The translations under genes and the position numbers were made by a program. Below, piece by piece: positions 1 through 9,582 of a stretch of DNA of 64,000 bases. Source of the DNA: an uncultured Gammaproteobacteria bacterium (lineage in GTDB: Bacteria > Pseudomonadota > Gammaproteobacteria > Xanthomonadales > SZUA-36); contig CAVPUV010000068.1 of assembly GCA_963708905.1 (NCBI GenBank), forward strand, positions 3,580-67,579, written 5' to 3'. Position 1 is the first letter of the stretch. The number at the start of each line of letters is the position of its first letter. The notes below the pieces were generated by a model that had not been told where the DNA came from, searched no databases, and worked only from the letters and a program-made list of their open reading frames with translations.

Positions 1-1
1 G

Positions 2-2143
2 GCCGAGAACCTGGCGAAAATGCAGGCCGAACACGAGCACGACATCGTGCTGATCCCCGGTGACGGCGAGCACGGTGCGGCGGGCATTTGTTATGGCGCA
101 TCGCTGGGCGGCGGCCGGGTATTGAACGCGACTTCTTCCCAGGGCCTGCTGTTCGCGCTCGAGCAACTGCCGGTGCAGGCCGGCACGCGCATGCCGATGG
201 TGCTGAACGTGGCAACCCGCACGGTATCGGGTCCGCTGGACATACGCGGTGACCACTCGGACCTCTACTTCGTGCTCAACACCGGCTGGATCATCCTGCT
301 GGCGCGGGACCCGCAGGCAGTCTACGACCTGAATTTCGCCGCGGTTAAAATCGGTGAACACGCGGATGTGCGTTTGCCGGTGATCGTGGCCTACGACGGT
401 TTCTTTACCAGCCACCAGAAACGCCGCTTGCACAGGTTCAATGATGCGCCGGGGATCAAACAGTTTCTCGGCCAGCGCAATGCGCCGTTCACCGCACTGG
501 ATCCGCGGCACCCGGTGACTTTCGGGCCGTATATGAATGACCCCGATCTCATCAACAACAAGAAACAGCTGTCGGATGCGATGGAGGCGGCGCGCAGGGT
601 AATCCCCGAGGTGCTGGAGGAGTTGGGACAGCTCACCGGCCGCAGCTACCCGGTGATGGATGCCTACCGCATGGATGATGCCGAGGTGGCGGTCATCCTG
701 ATCAATTCCGCCGCCGAAACAGCCAAGGAAGCGGCTGACCGCTTGCGCGCGCAAGGCCACAAGGCCGGCGTGCTTTCACCCAATGTCCTGCGGCCGTTCC
801 CGGCCGGCTTGTTCCGCCACTACCTGGCCGGCGTCAGAGCCGCGGTGGTCTGCGACCGCGCCGATTCCTATGGCGCCGACGGCGGCAACCTGTCGCTGGA
901 GGTGCGCGCGGCGCTACAGCAGGACCCCGACAACCACACGCGCATCCTGAGCCGGATATACGGCCTGGGCGGCAAGGATTTCAATGAGGAGGATGCGGGG
1001 CATTTCTTCGCGGAAGCGCTGGATGTGATGACCACAGGACGCGTGGATCTGCCGTTTGCCTATCACGGCATTTACGCCGGTGATCCCGCCAGCAATCCGC
1101 CTGCGGGCTTGCCCGCGATCGAGGTCGCGGCGGTATCACGCGGCATGGCCAGGGTGCACAGGAATCCTGCCAGCGGACGCCTCGATGTCGAGTTGCAACC
1201 GGCCTGGGCGCTGACCAGCGTGCCGTGCCGCATCGCCCCGGGGCACGGGGCCTGTCCCGGCTGTGGTGTCTTCCCGGTACTGCAGCAGGTGTACAGCGTG
1301 CTCGAAGGCGACCTGGTGGTGTTGTTCCAGACCGGTTGCGCCATGGTCGTCACCACCGGCTACCCCAACACCGCGCATCGCATCAGCTACGTGCACAATT
1401 TATTCCAGAACGGCGCAGCCACGCTGTCCGGTCTGGTTGAGATGTACCACGAACTGCTGCGCCGTGGTGAGTTGCCGAATTCGCCGGACATCACCTTCAT
1501 GATGGTCAGCGGCGACGGCGGCATGGATATCGGCATGGGCCCGGCGCTGGGCGCCGCCCACCGCAACCACCGCATGATCATCCTGGAATACGACAACCAG
1601 GGCTACATGAACACCGGCGCCCAATTGTCCTATTCGACGCCGATGGGCCACCGCACTTCCACCAGCGAAGTGGGTCACGAAGGCAGCGGCAAGACTTTCC
1701 ATCACAAGGACACCGCACAGATTTTCGCCGCCTGTCATCTGCCGTTCGTATTCACCGCCAGCGAAGGCTATCCCGAAGACCTGATGCGCAAGGCGGCCAA
1801 GGCCCAGTGGTATGCCAGGAATGAAGGCCTGGTGTACGGCAAGGTGCTGTCGTTCTGCCCGCTCAACTGGCGCACCACCGATGACGCCGCTCAGCCGGTT
1901 CTGCAGTCCGCGGTCGATTCCTGCTTCTTCCCGGTATACGAAGTGGAAAAAGGTATTACCACGATCAATTATGACCCCGACCTGCTCGGCCGGCGGCAAA
2001 AAGTCGCGGACTGGCTGGCGCGGATGGGCAAGACCAAACACATGCTGGCACCCGAGAACGCCCCCGCGCTGGCGGCCATTGAAGCCGAAACCGAACGGCG
2101 CTGGGCGCGCCTGAAAGCCATGCATGCACATCCTGGCTTGTAG
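2..2143 (+). CDS. 2-oxoacid:ferredoxin oxidoreductase, fused alpha (PorA-like) + beta (PorB-like, TPP-binding) polypeptide; 5' end outside the window
   Basis: The frame is open from nt 2 with no stop before the first Met at 20, so the N-terminus is missing. The N-half has OFOR alpha-type motifs (GEHGAAGICYGASLGGGR, TSSQGLLFALEQL). The C-half has beta-subunit motifs (GHGACPGCG cluster cysteines, GDGGMDIGMG...EYDNQGYMNTG TPP-binding). Stop TAG at 2141-2143. Confidence 0.8.
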   Translation, partial: AENLAKMQAEHEHDIVLIPGDGEHGAAGICYGASLGGGRVLNATSSQGLLFALEQLPVQAGTRMPMVLNVATRTVSGPLDIRGDHSDLYFVLNTGWIILLARDPQAVYDLNFAAVKIGEHADVRLPVIVAYDGFFTSHQKRRLHRFNDAPGIKQFLGQRNAPFTALDPRHPVTFGPYMNDPDLINNKKQLSDAMEAARRVIPEVLEELGQLTGRSYPVMDAYRMDDAEVAVILINSAAETAKEAADRLRAQGHKAGVLSPNVLRPFPAGLFRHYLAGVRAAVVCDRADSYGADGGNLSLEVRAALQQDPDNHTRILSRIYGLGGKDFNEEDAGHFFAEALDVMTTGRVDLPFAYHGIYAGDPASNPPAGLPAIEVAAVSRGMARVHRNPASGRLDVELQPAWALTSVPCRIAPGHGACPGCGVFPVLQQVYSVLEGDLVVLFQTGCAMVVTTGYPNTAHRISYVHNLFQNGAATLSGLVEMYHELLRRGELPNSPDITFMMVSGDGGMDIGMGPALGAAHRNHRMIILEYDNQGYMNTGAQLSYSTPMGHRTSTSEVGHEGSGKTFHHKDTAQIFAACHLPFVFTASEGYPEDLMRKAAKAQWYARNEGLVYGKVLSFCPLNWRTTDDAAQPVLQSAVDSCFFPVYEVEKGITTINYDPDLLGRRQKVADWLARMGKTKHMLAPENAPALAAIEAETERRWARLKAMHAHPGL

Positions 2144-2157
2144 GATGAGAGGAAACC

Positions 2158-2997
2158 ATGGCCAATATCCGTGAAAAACGCTCCCTGACGCCTGTCACCA
2201 AGCTGTTCCGCGTGCATGCGCCCTTGATTGCCGCGGCCGCACAGCCCGGGCAATTTGTCATCGTGCGCGTGCGCGCAGGCGGCGAACGCATTCCCCTGAC
2301 CATCGCCGACTCGGATCGCGCCACCGGGCTGGTCACCATCGTGGTGCAGGAAGTGGGTGTCACCACGCGGCTGCTGGGCGCGCTGCAGGAAGGCGATGAG
2401 CTGCTCGACATCGTCGGACCGCTCGGCGAAGCGCCGCACATCCCGGTGCACGGCCATATCGTGGGCGTGGCTGGCGGCTTCGGCGCCGCCGCGCTGCTCA
2501 GCATCATGCGGGCGCTGAAAACCGCGGGTGAACGCACCACCGTGATTCTCGGGGCCCGCGAGAAGGCCCTGCTGATCCTGACCGAAGAGCTGCGGCAAGC
2601 CTGTGACACGCTCGAGCTGTGCACCGATGACGGCTCCGTCGGATTCAAGGGTTTTGTTACCGCACGACTGCAGCAGATGATGGCCGGCGAAGGTTCGGAA
2701 AGGCCGGATTGCGTGGTCGCGATCGGCCCCATGCCGATGATGCGCGCCGTGGCTGAAACCACCCGCGAAGCGGGTATTCCGACCCTGGTTTCGCTGGACC
2801 CATTGATGATCGACGGTACCGGAATGTGTGGTGGCTGCCGCGTCACGGTCGCCGGTGAAGTCAAGTTTGCCTGCGTCGACGGCCCCATCTTTGACGGCCA
2901 CCAGGTGGACTTCAGGGAAGCGCTGCAACGCAGCAAGATGTATGTCAGGGAAGAAAAAATTGCCGCCTGCCGCCAGGCGGAGTTGGGAGCAGCCTGA
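2158..2997 (+). CDS. nfnA: NfnA/SudB-type FAD + [2Fe-2S] ferredoxin:NADP oxidoreductase small subunit
   Basis: 279 aa, starting 14 nt after the OFOR stop with a purine-rich RBS (GAGAGGAAA). Motifs PGQFVIVR..GERIPLTIAD, VGVAGGFG and C-terminal DGTGMCGGCRV..KFACVDGP match the NfnA/PyrK-like family as I remember the Thermotoga NfnA sequence. Confidence 0.75.
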   Translation: MANIREKRSLTPVTKLFRVHAPLIAAAAQPGQFVIVRVRAGGERIPLTIADSDRATGLVTIVVQEVGVTTRLLGALQEGDELLDIVGPLGEAPHIPVHGHIVGVAGGFGAAALLSIMRALKTAGERTTVILGAREKALLILTEELRQACDTLELCTDDGSVGFKGFVTARLQQMMAGEGSERPDCVVAIGPMPMMRAVAETTREAGIPTLVSLDPLMIDGTGMCGGCRVTVAGEVKFACVDGPIFDGHQVDFREALQRSKMYVREEKIAACRQAELGAA

Positions 2998-4403
2998 TGC
3001 CGGTCAAACGCAAGGAAAAAATCCTTATGCCGCAGCGCGATCCGCTGCTGCGCGCGCACGATTTCGCGGAAGTCAACCAGGGCTACGCTTTTGCCCACGC
3101 GCTGTTCGAAGCGGAACGCTGCCTGCGCTGCCAGGTGCCCACCTGCGTGGATGGTTGCCCGGTGCGTATTCCGATCGCCGAGTTCATCCATGCCATTGCC
3201 GCCAAAGATATGCCCATGGCCGCCGAAATTCTGCGCGCAGCCAACCCGCTGCCAGCCATCTGCGGCCGCGTGTGCCCGCAGGAGTCACAATGCGAACTGC
3301 TGTGCAACATGACCGAGCGGTTTGGAGCGGTGGCCATCGGCCACCTGGAACGCTTTGTCTCGGACTGGGAGCGCGAGCATCCGGTCAGCCCACGCTGCGA
3401 TCAGCCCTGGCGGGAAGAGAAGATCGCGATCGTCGGTTCCGGACCAGCCGGTCTGGTCTGCGCCGGCCAGCTGGCGAAGCTGGGCTACCCGGTGACGGTG
3501 TTCGAAGCCCTGCACGCACCGGGCGGCGTGCTGCGCTACGGCATCCCTGAATTTCGCCTGCCCAACAGCATTCTTGACTGGGAGATCGGTGCACTCAAGC
3601 GCCTCGGCGTGGAGTTCCAGTGCAATGTCATCATCGGCAAGACGATCACGCTGGACGCGCTGTTTGATACCATGGCCTATGCGGCCGTGTTTATCGGCAC
3701 CGGCGCGGGCCTGCCCAAGTTCATGGGCATCCCGGGTGAGAGCCTGAACGGCGTGTACTCGGCCAATGAATTCCTCACCCGGCTGAACCTCATGGGCGCT
3801 TTCGAATTCCCGCGCTCCGACACCCCGGTCAAGGTGGGCCAGCGGGTTGCGGTCATCGGCTCCGGCAATACCGCCATGGACGCGGTCCGATGCGCGCTGC
3901 GCATGGGCGCCGAGCAGGCCATGATCGTGTACCGCCGCAGCCAGGCGGAAATGACAGCCCGGGTCGAGGAATACCATCATGCCATCGAGGAAGGCGTGGA
4001 ATTCCACTGGTTGACCAACCCGATCGAGGTGCTCGGCGATGAGGAAGGTTGGGTTACCGGCCTGAAGTGCCAGCAGATGAAACTGGGAGAAGTGGATGAA
4101 TCCGGCCGCGCACGTCCGTTGCCAATTGCGGGATCCGAGTTTGTTCTGCCGGTGGATAACATCGTCCTGTCCATCGGCAACAAACCCAATCCATTGTTGG
4201 TAAAATCGACCCCGGGGCTGAAGACGGAGCCGTGGGGAGGGCTCAAGGTGGACCAGGGCAGCGGCGCGACCAGCCGCAAACGGGTTTATGCCGGGGGTGA
4301 TGCCGTAACCGGCGCCGCCACCGTGATCCTGGCCGCGGGGGCCGGCAAGGATGCTGCTGCCGCCATTCACGCCGACCTGTCTAGCGCCAGGGATTTGAGG
4401 TAG
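2997..4403 (+). CDS. nfnB: NfnB/GltD-family NAD(P)H-dependent FAD/Fe-S oxidoreductase large subunit
   Basis: 468 aa. The ATG overlaps the nfnA stop (TGATG at 2995-2999). N-terminal Fe-S cysteine motifs (CLRCQVPTCVDGCP, ICGRVCPQESQCE) and two dinucleotide folds ([18 protein letters not shown]). Stop TAG at 4401-4403. Confidence 0.8.
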   Translation: MPVKRKEKILMPQRDPLLRAHDFAEVNQGYAFAHALFEAERCLRCQVPTCVDGCPVRIPIAEFIHAIAAKDMPMAAEILRAANPLPAICGRVCPQESQCELLCNMTERFGAVAIGHLERFVSDWEREHPVSPRCDQPWREEKIAIVGSGPAGLVCAGQLAKLGYPVTVFEALHAPGGVLRYGIPEFRLPNSILDWEIGALKRLGVEFQCNVIIGKTITLDALFDTMAYAAVFIGTGAGLPKFMGIPGESLNGVYSANEFLTRLNLMGAFEFPRSDTPVKVGQRVAVIGSGNTAMDAVRCALRMGAEQAMIVYRRSQAEMTARVEEYHHAIEEGVEFHWLTNPIEVLGDEEGWVTGLKCQQMKLGEVDESGRARPLPIAGSEFVLPVDNIVLSIGNKPNPLLVKSTPGLKTEPWGGLKVDQGSGATSRKRVYAGGDAVTGAATVILAAGAGKDAAAAIHADLSSARDLR

Positions 4404-4424
4404 CCGGCGTACATGATTAAAATT

Positions 4425-4442
4425 TTGTGATCTGAGTCAATG
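4425..4442 (+). promoter_or_regulatory. possible CRP/FNR-family operator upstream of the cytochrome gene
   Basis: TGTGA-TCTGAG-TCAAT at 4426-4441 in an AT-rich spacer about 90 nt upstream of the start. The left half-site is perfect for CRP (TGTGA). The right half-site matches only 3/5. Confidence 0.2.
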
Positions 4443-4528
4443 CAAAATTCCCTGTATGGGCCATGATTCAGCAGTGAAAATAGATTTTTCGATGTAGGGA
4501 AATCCCGGAAGTAAACGAGGAGTTGGAA

Positions 4529-6885
4529 ATGAACGCAAAAATTACGAAAGACAGGGTCTTGTGGCAGCTGCTGTTGGGGCTGGTGCTCATTATGGGTTCC
4601 AGTTCCATTGCGCTGGCCAAGGCCAGCACAGCAGCCGGCAACTTCTATACGGCGGCAGACAAGGAGTTTTACCTGACGGCCGATGAGATCTTTTTTATCC
4701 GCCCCGGCCTGGTGCTGGAAATTCAGGATGTCACCATTCCGACGGATAGACAGCCCGAGGTAACGTTCAAACTTTCCGACCCCGGTGGACTGGCTTTGGA
4801 CAGGAACGGCATCACCACGCCCGGCCCGGTCAGCACCTCTTTCGTTCTGTCCTATATCCCGGAAGGGGAAGACGCCTATGTCGCCTACACCACCCGCGTG
4901 GCAGAACAGCCCGATCACGGGCGTCTCAGTGACGCAGGCTTCAGCGGATGCCGGTGGCGTCTATACCGACCTCGGCGGTGGCCAATACCTGTACAAGTTC
5001 AAAACGGCACTGCCGGCCGACTACGATGTCGACGCCACGCACACACTGGGTATTTATGCCCGCCGCGACCTGACGGAGTTCGAACTGGACCGCTACGTGG
5101 CTAACGAACTCGAACACTTCGTTCCTTCCGGCGCGAGCGAGCCCATGCCCCGCGACATCGTCACGACCGAGACCTGCAACGGCAGGTGCCATGATCCGCT
5201 GGCCGTGCACGGCGGCGCCCGCACCGAGGTCGGATTGTGCGTACTGTGTCATAACCCCACGCAGGGAATTGATCCGGATACCGGTAATCTGACGGACTTC
5301 CAGAGCTGGTGCATAAAATCCACGCTGGCTCAGACCTCGACAACGCCTATGGTCGATTATCGGCTTCAATCAGGGGGTAAACGACTACTCCGAAGTCGAG
5401 TTCCCGCCGCTGCTGAACGACTGTGAAACCTGCCATACCGGCGGCACCCCGACCGAGGACTTCCCGCTGGTCGCCAGCCCCAATCCGGCACCGGTGTGTG
5501 ACACGTCCGGCCTTGGCACCACCGAACTGAGCTGGGGTGACATCAGTGGCTTTGAAATCCACATGAATTCCGCCACCGGCCCGGTGTTTGCCGGCGTCAA
5601 GGGCGCGGGATCCAAGGAAACCGGCAAGTGGGTCAGGGATGGAACCGTGTTCTACCTGGTGGATAAAGCCACCGGCCAGACCGCACAGAGACTGCCCGTC
5701 AATACCACGGTACTGGGTTGCGTGGGTAACGCCCCCGGAACGTTCCGCGGCGCAGCCGGAGCCCAGCACACCGAGTGGACGTCTCAGCCTTCGCGTGCGG
5801 CCTGCGGCGCCTGCCACGATGACCTGAACTTCGAGACCGGCGAGAACCATCTGGGCGGCGCTTATGAAGACGACAGCGTTTGCAGTATCTGTCATGTGCC
5901 GGATTCGGGCAATGAATTCGACCGCTCCGTGCGCGGCGCGCACACGCCGCTGTACAAGTCCAAACAGTTCCCCGGCGTGCTGGTCCAGATCCTGGAAGTC
6001 ACCAACACCAACCCCGGTGACAAGCCGACAGTGAAGTTTTCGCTGGGCAGCAAGAAAGGCAAGGTCGCCCCGGCCAGCCTGAACCGTCTCCTGTTTTCCA
6101 TTGCCGGACCGAATAAGGATTTCAGCTTCTATACCCAGGAGAGTGTACAAGCCGATGCGGTCCCGGCAGGTGATGACTGGACCTATACCTTCAAAACCCC
6201 GCTGCCAATGGATGCGAAAGGCTCCTATAGCGTCGGTTTCGAAGGCCGTGAAGACGTTGCCGTCACCAAGCCCGGCGAAGCAGCAGTCACCGAACGCAAC
6301 CCGGCGCAAAATTACACTTTTGCGTTTGCCGTGACCGACGATATGGCTGTCCCGCGGCGCATGGTGGTCGATGACAATAAATGCGAGGATTGTCACAGAA
6401 ACCTCAGCCTGCACGGCGACAACCGGAACAATCCGCAATATTGCGTCACCTGCCACCGGCCTAATGCTTCAGATGTACCCAGGAGACCGGTGAGCGCCGG
6501 CGCCCCTGAATCCATCCACTTCAAGTATATGATTCACAGGATCCATCGCGGAGAGGAACTGGAGAACCCCTACGTGGTGTACGGCTTCGGTGGCAGCTTG
6601 AATGATTTCAGCGAAGTCCTTTTCCCGGGCGATCTGCGCAATTGCTCAAAATGCCATGTCAACGACTCCTTCACCTTGCCATTACCGGAAGGTGTGCTCG
6701 CAACCGATACACCCAGGAATCTGTGGACGCCAACGGAGCCCATCGCGGCGGCCTGCATCGGTTGTCATGACAGTGAGCTTACCGCCACGCATATCGACAC
6801 CAACACCAGCTTCTTTGGTGAAGCCTGCTCGACCTGCCATGGGGTGGGTAAGGATTTTGCGGTGGAGAAAGTTCACGCCAGATAA
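4529..6885 (+). pseudogene. OmcA/MtrC-like decahaem c-type cytochrome, interrupted by three frameshifts
   Basis: RBS GAGGAG at 4517-4522, ATG at 4529, Sec-type signal (LIMGSSSIALA/KA). The coding signal runs in frame 2 (4529 to about 4900), frame 0 (about 4900-5300), frame 2 (5306 to about 5350: LVHKIHAGSDLDNAY), then frame 1 (about 5353-6885: IIGFNQGVNDYSEVEFPPLLNDCETCH...). Haem motifs across the frames: CNGRCH (CX3CH) plus nine CXXCH (CVLCH, CETCH, CGACH, CSICH, CEDCH, CVTCH, CSKCH, CIGCH, CSTCH). Confidence 0.75.
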
Positions 6886-6931
6886 GCTTCAGCACAAAAC
6901 CGGCTTGCAAGCCCCGGCCGGTAAACCATTA

Positions 6932-6967
6932 AGGGTGCAGGATGCAAATCCTGCACCCTTTTTCTTT
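6932..6967 (+). terminator. intrinsic terminator after the cytochrome gene
   Basis: 12-bp perfect stem AGGGTGCAGGAT / ATCCTGCACCCT with loop GCAA, followed by TTTTTCTTT. Confidence 0.75.
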
Positions 6968-6968
6968 C

Positions 6969-7053
6969 GGGGTCAGAGTAAAGTGCCAGAGTCGTCATCC
7001 GGGCTGTCGGGGACATCCAGGTCCGGATGACTCTGGCACTTTACTCTGACCCC
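6969..7053. repeat. 85-bp palindromic MITE/REP-like element, copy A
   Basis: GGGGTCAGAGTAAAGTGCCAGAGTC(GTC)ATCCGG ... CCGGATGACTCTGGCACTTTACTCTGACCCC, with arms of about 31 nt. A near-identical copy in inverted orientation lies at 9583-9667. Confidence 0.85.
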
Positions 7054-8393
7054 AAATTTCTTCTTTTACCGGGCCGCTGAACAAAAGGCCGGATCAGCCG
7101 CTGCACGTTGACCCGCGCCTTGATGCGCGCGCACAGCAGGAAGGAACCCACCAGCTTGCGATGCAGGAATACCGTTTCAGGCGGCGGCGCGCGGAACTCA
7201 CCGTGGCTGGCGAACAGCATGTCGAAACCCGCATCACGCGCCCTCGCAACCAGGTCGGAGGCGCCAAAGTCGTATATCTTGTCGTAACGGATCGGTTCAC
7301 ACACGATGCGAATCACCTCCAGCACCCGCTGTGCGTGCTGCGGACTGTCGCCGGCACCGAGGTAGCCAATCTGCTCCGCATAATGCCGTAGCGCCCCTGC
7401 ATCATTCTCGATCAAGGCCCGGGCGATCCGGCCATAACGTGCGGTGAATTCCTTGCTGAACGTGACGGTCGAACCAAAATCCAGCAGCACGATGCGGCCG
7501 TCCTGCGGCCGGTACAGGTAATTGGCGAAGTTGGGGTCGGACTGCATGATGCGGAATTCGAACAACTCCCGGAACATAAGATGCTCCAGCAATGCGCCGA
7601 CGTGGTTGCGCCGCTTTTGCCCGACGCCCGCCTCGCCCAGTGACTCCAGCGCCGCGCCGCTGACGTAGTCCATCGCCAGCACGCGTTTGGTGGTGAGGTC
7701 AGCGTGCACCCGCGGCACGAGCAAGCGCGCATCATCCGCAACCAGGGCCCGGTAGTCGCGCAGATAGTTTGCCTCGGCGAGGTAATCTGCTTCTTGTGTG
7801 AGTTGACGCTTGGCTTCGGCAACGATGCCGCTGACGTCCATTGCCATCGGCAACACGCGGGCCAGGCGCAAAAACATCGCCAGGTTTTCGACATCGCTGC
7901 CGATGCTCCTGGCCACGCCGGGATACTGGATTTTCAGCGCCAGGTCACGGCCGTCGCGGGTCAGTGCGCGATGCACCTGCCCGATCGAAGCAGCGGCAAG
8001 GGGTTCGAAATCGAAGCGCGCGAATTTCTCCTGCCAGCCCTTGCCATAGGCCTGACCCATCACGCGCCGCACCTGACTTTGCGGCATGGTGTCGGCGGCG
8101 TCCCGTAGTACCGCCAGCACATCGGCAAATTCCCGCGGCAGGAAATCAGCGCTTTCCATGGACAGCAGCTGGCCCATTTTCATCGCCGCGCCACGCATGC
8201 CGGCCAGACGCCTGGCCAGCTTTTCGGCATTGGCCGCGGTCAGGAACATGTTGACCGCCACGGCGGGCGAAGTGCCCGCCAAACGCCGCACGCCTTCGGT
8301 CAGCCCACCCACCGCCAGTTCACCCGCCGTCATGCCGAGCCGTAGCAAACGACCCAGGCGGCTTGTCGGCACACGGGATTTGCGACGCGGCAT
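7041..8393 (-). CDS. ABC1/UbiB-family atypical kinase
   Basis: 450 aa. ABC1 kinase-like pattern (LGRLLRLG..., ASIGQVHRA, LKIQYPG, DPNFANY). The last three codons plus stop (GSE-TAA) lie inside repeat copy A. Confidence 0.8.
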   Translation of the reverse strand: MPRRKSRVPTSRLGRLLRLGMTAGELAVGGLTEGVRRLAGTSPAVAVNMFLTAANAEKLARRLAGMRGAAMKMGQLLSMESADFLPREFADVLAVLRDAADTMPQSQVRRVMGQAYGKGWQEKFARFDFEPLAAASIGQVHRALTRDGRDLALKIQYPGVARSIGSDVENLAMFLRLARVLPMAMDVSGIVAEAKRQLTQEADYLAEANYLRDYRALVADDARLLVPRVHADLTTKRVLAMDYVSGAALESLGEAGVGQKRRNHVGALLEHLMFRELFEFRIMQSDPNFANYLYRPQDGRIVLLDFGSTVTFSKEFTARYGRIARALIENDAGALRHYAEQIGYLGAGDSPQHAQRVLEVIRIVCEPIRYDKIYDFGASDLVARARDAGFDMLFASHGEFRAPPPETVFLHRKLVGSFLLCARIKARVNVQRLIRPFVQRPGKRRNLGSE

Positions 8394-8396
8394 GGC

Positions 8397-9545
8397 TTAC
8401 ACAGCCTGCCCGGCGGCATGACCCGAGGACCAGGCCCATTGGAAATTGAAACCGCCCAGATGACCGCTCACATCGACCACTTCACCGATGAAAAACAGTC
8501 CCGGTACGCGGGATTCCATGGTCTTCGACGACAGTTCGCGGGTATCCACGCCACCCAGCGTGACCTCCGCGGTACGGTAGCCTTCGGTTGCGGCTGGTTT
8601 CACTTCCCAGGCCTGGAGTTCAGCCGCGATTGATTCCAGCCGCCGCTGCGGCCAGTCTGCAAGCGCCTGGTCCTTTGCTTGCGGCCAGTGCATCGCTTCA
8701 AGCTGCAATACCAACTGCCTTGGCAAACAGGTATCGAGCTGCGTGCGCAGCAGTGAGCGTGGGAGCTCGCGCTTCCAGAGTTTCAGCAAAGCGCGGGCAT
8801 CCCGACCCGGCAGCAGGTTGATGCGAATCGTTTCACCCGGTTTCCAGTAACTGGACATTTGCAGCACCGCGGGACCGCTCAGGCCGCGATGGGTGAACAG
8901 CAGATCTTCGCGAAACTCCGCGCGTTGATTGGCAATCGTCACTTCACAGGAAACCCCGGACAATTTGCTGCAACAGTCGTTCATCGCGCCCGTGAAGGTA
9001 AACGGCACCAGCCCTGCCGTGGTGGGCAGCAGCCGCAGTCCGAACTGCCGGGCCAAAGTGTAGCCAAAACCCGAGCCGCCCAGACTGGGTACGGACAGGC
9101 CACCTGCGGCTACCACCAGGGTCTCGGCGGCAAAAGTGCCCTGGTTGCTGCTGAGGCGATAAGCCTCCTGGTGTGTCACGCCGGCAGTCTCGCAGCCAAT
9201 GCGTATTTCCACGCCAGCCCGGGCACATTCGTCGAGCAGTAGTGCAACGATCTGTTTCGACGATTGCCGGCAGAATAGCTGGCCGCTCAGACCATTGACG
9301 GTTTGTTTTTCAAAATATTCAATGTGGTGGCGTTGCAGGAGCTCAATGAAATCCCATTGGGAGTAGCGGCTCAGGGCGCTTTTGCAAAAATGCGGATTGG
9401 CCGAAAGGAACCGCTCCGGGCTGACATGCAGATTGGTAAAATTGCACCGGCCGCCGCCCGACATGAGGATTTTCTTGCCGACCTTGTTGGCGCGTTCCAG
9501 CACCAGCACCCGCCGGCCGCGTTGGCCGGCGGTGAGGGCACACAT
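8397..9545 (-). CDS. BaiN/YhiN(HI0933)-family NAD(FAD) flavoprotein, N-terminus disrupted by repeat copy B
   Basis: Family hallmark MSGGGRCNFTN. The longest ATG-initiated ORF starts inside the Rossmann motif. In-frame upstream codons (to 9581) encode DTIIIGAGAAGL but have no ATG/GTG/TTG start, and the frame hits a TGA inside the repeat. Confidence 0.7.
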   Translation of the reverse strand: MCALTAGQRGRRVLVLERANKVGKKILMSGGGRCNFTNLHVSPERFLSANPHFCKSALSRYSQWDFIELLQRHHIEYFEKQTVNGLSGQLFCRQSSKQIVALLLDECARAGVEIRIGCETAGVTHQEAYRLSSNQGTFAAETLVVAAGGLSVPSLGGSGFGYTLARQFGLRLLPTTAGLVPFTFTGAMNDCCSKLSGVSCEVTIANQRAEFREDLLFTHRGLSGPAVLQMSSYWKPGETIRINLLPGRDARALLKLWKRELPRSLLRTQLDTCLPRQLVLQLEAMHWPQAKDQALADWPQRRLESIAAELQAWEVKPAATEGYRTAEVTLGGVDTRELSSKTMESRVPGLFFIGEVVDVSGHLGGFNFQWAWSSGHAAGQAV

Positions 9546-9582
9546 CAGGCCGGCAGCGCCGGCGCCGATGATGATGGTGTCA

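Noticed and set aside
1965-3191. 408-aa and 319-aa ORFs on the - strand over nfnA
   Set aside because: These are shadow ORFs opposite well-supported coding regions, with no motifs and Arg/Ala/Ser-rich composition. The same reasoning was applied to 5347-6456(-), 13165-14400(-), 16625-17608(-), 24817-25761(-), 28025-28882(+), 30346-31167(+), 36030-36683(+), 43852-44718(-), 47065-48117(+), 51262-52167(+) and 53091-54082(+).
4890-5360. Treating the three cytochrome segments as separate genes
   Set aside because: Haem motifs and the conserved HKIH / IIGF..NDYSEV blocks continue across the frame junctions. The segments lack their own starts and RBS.
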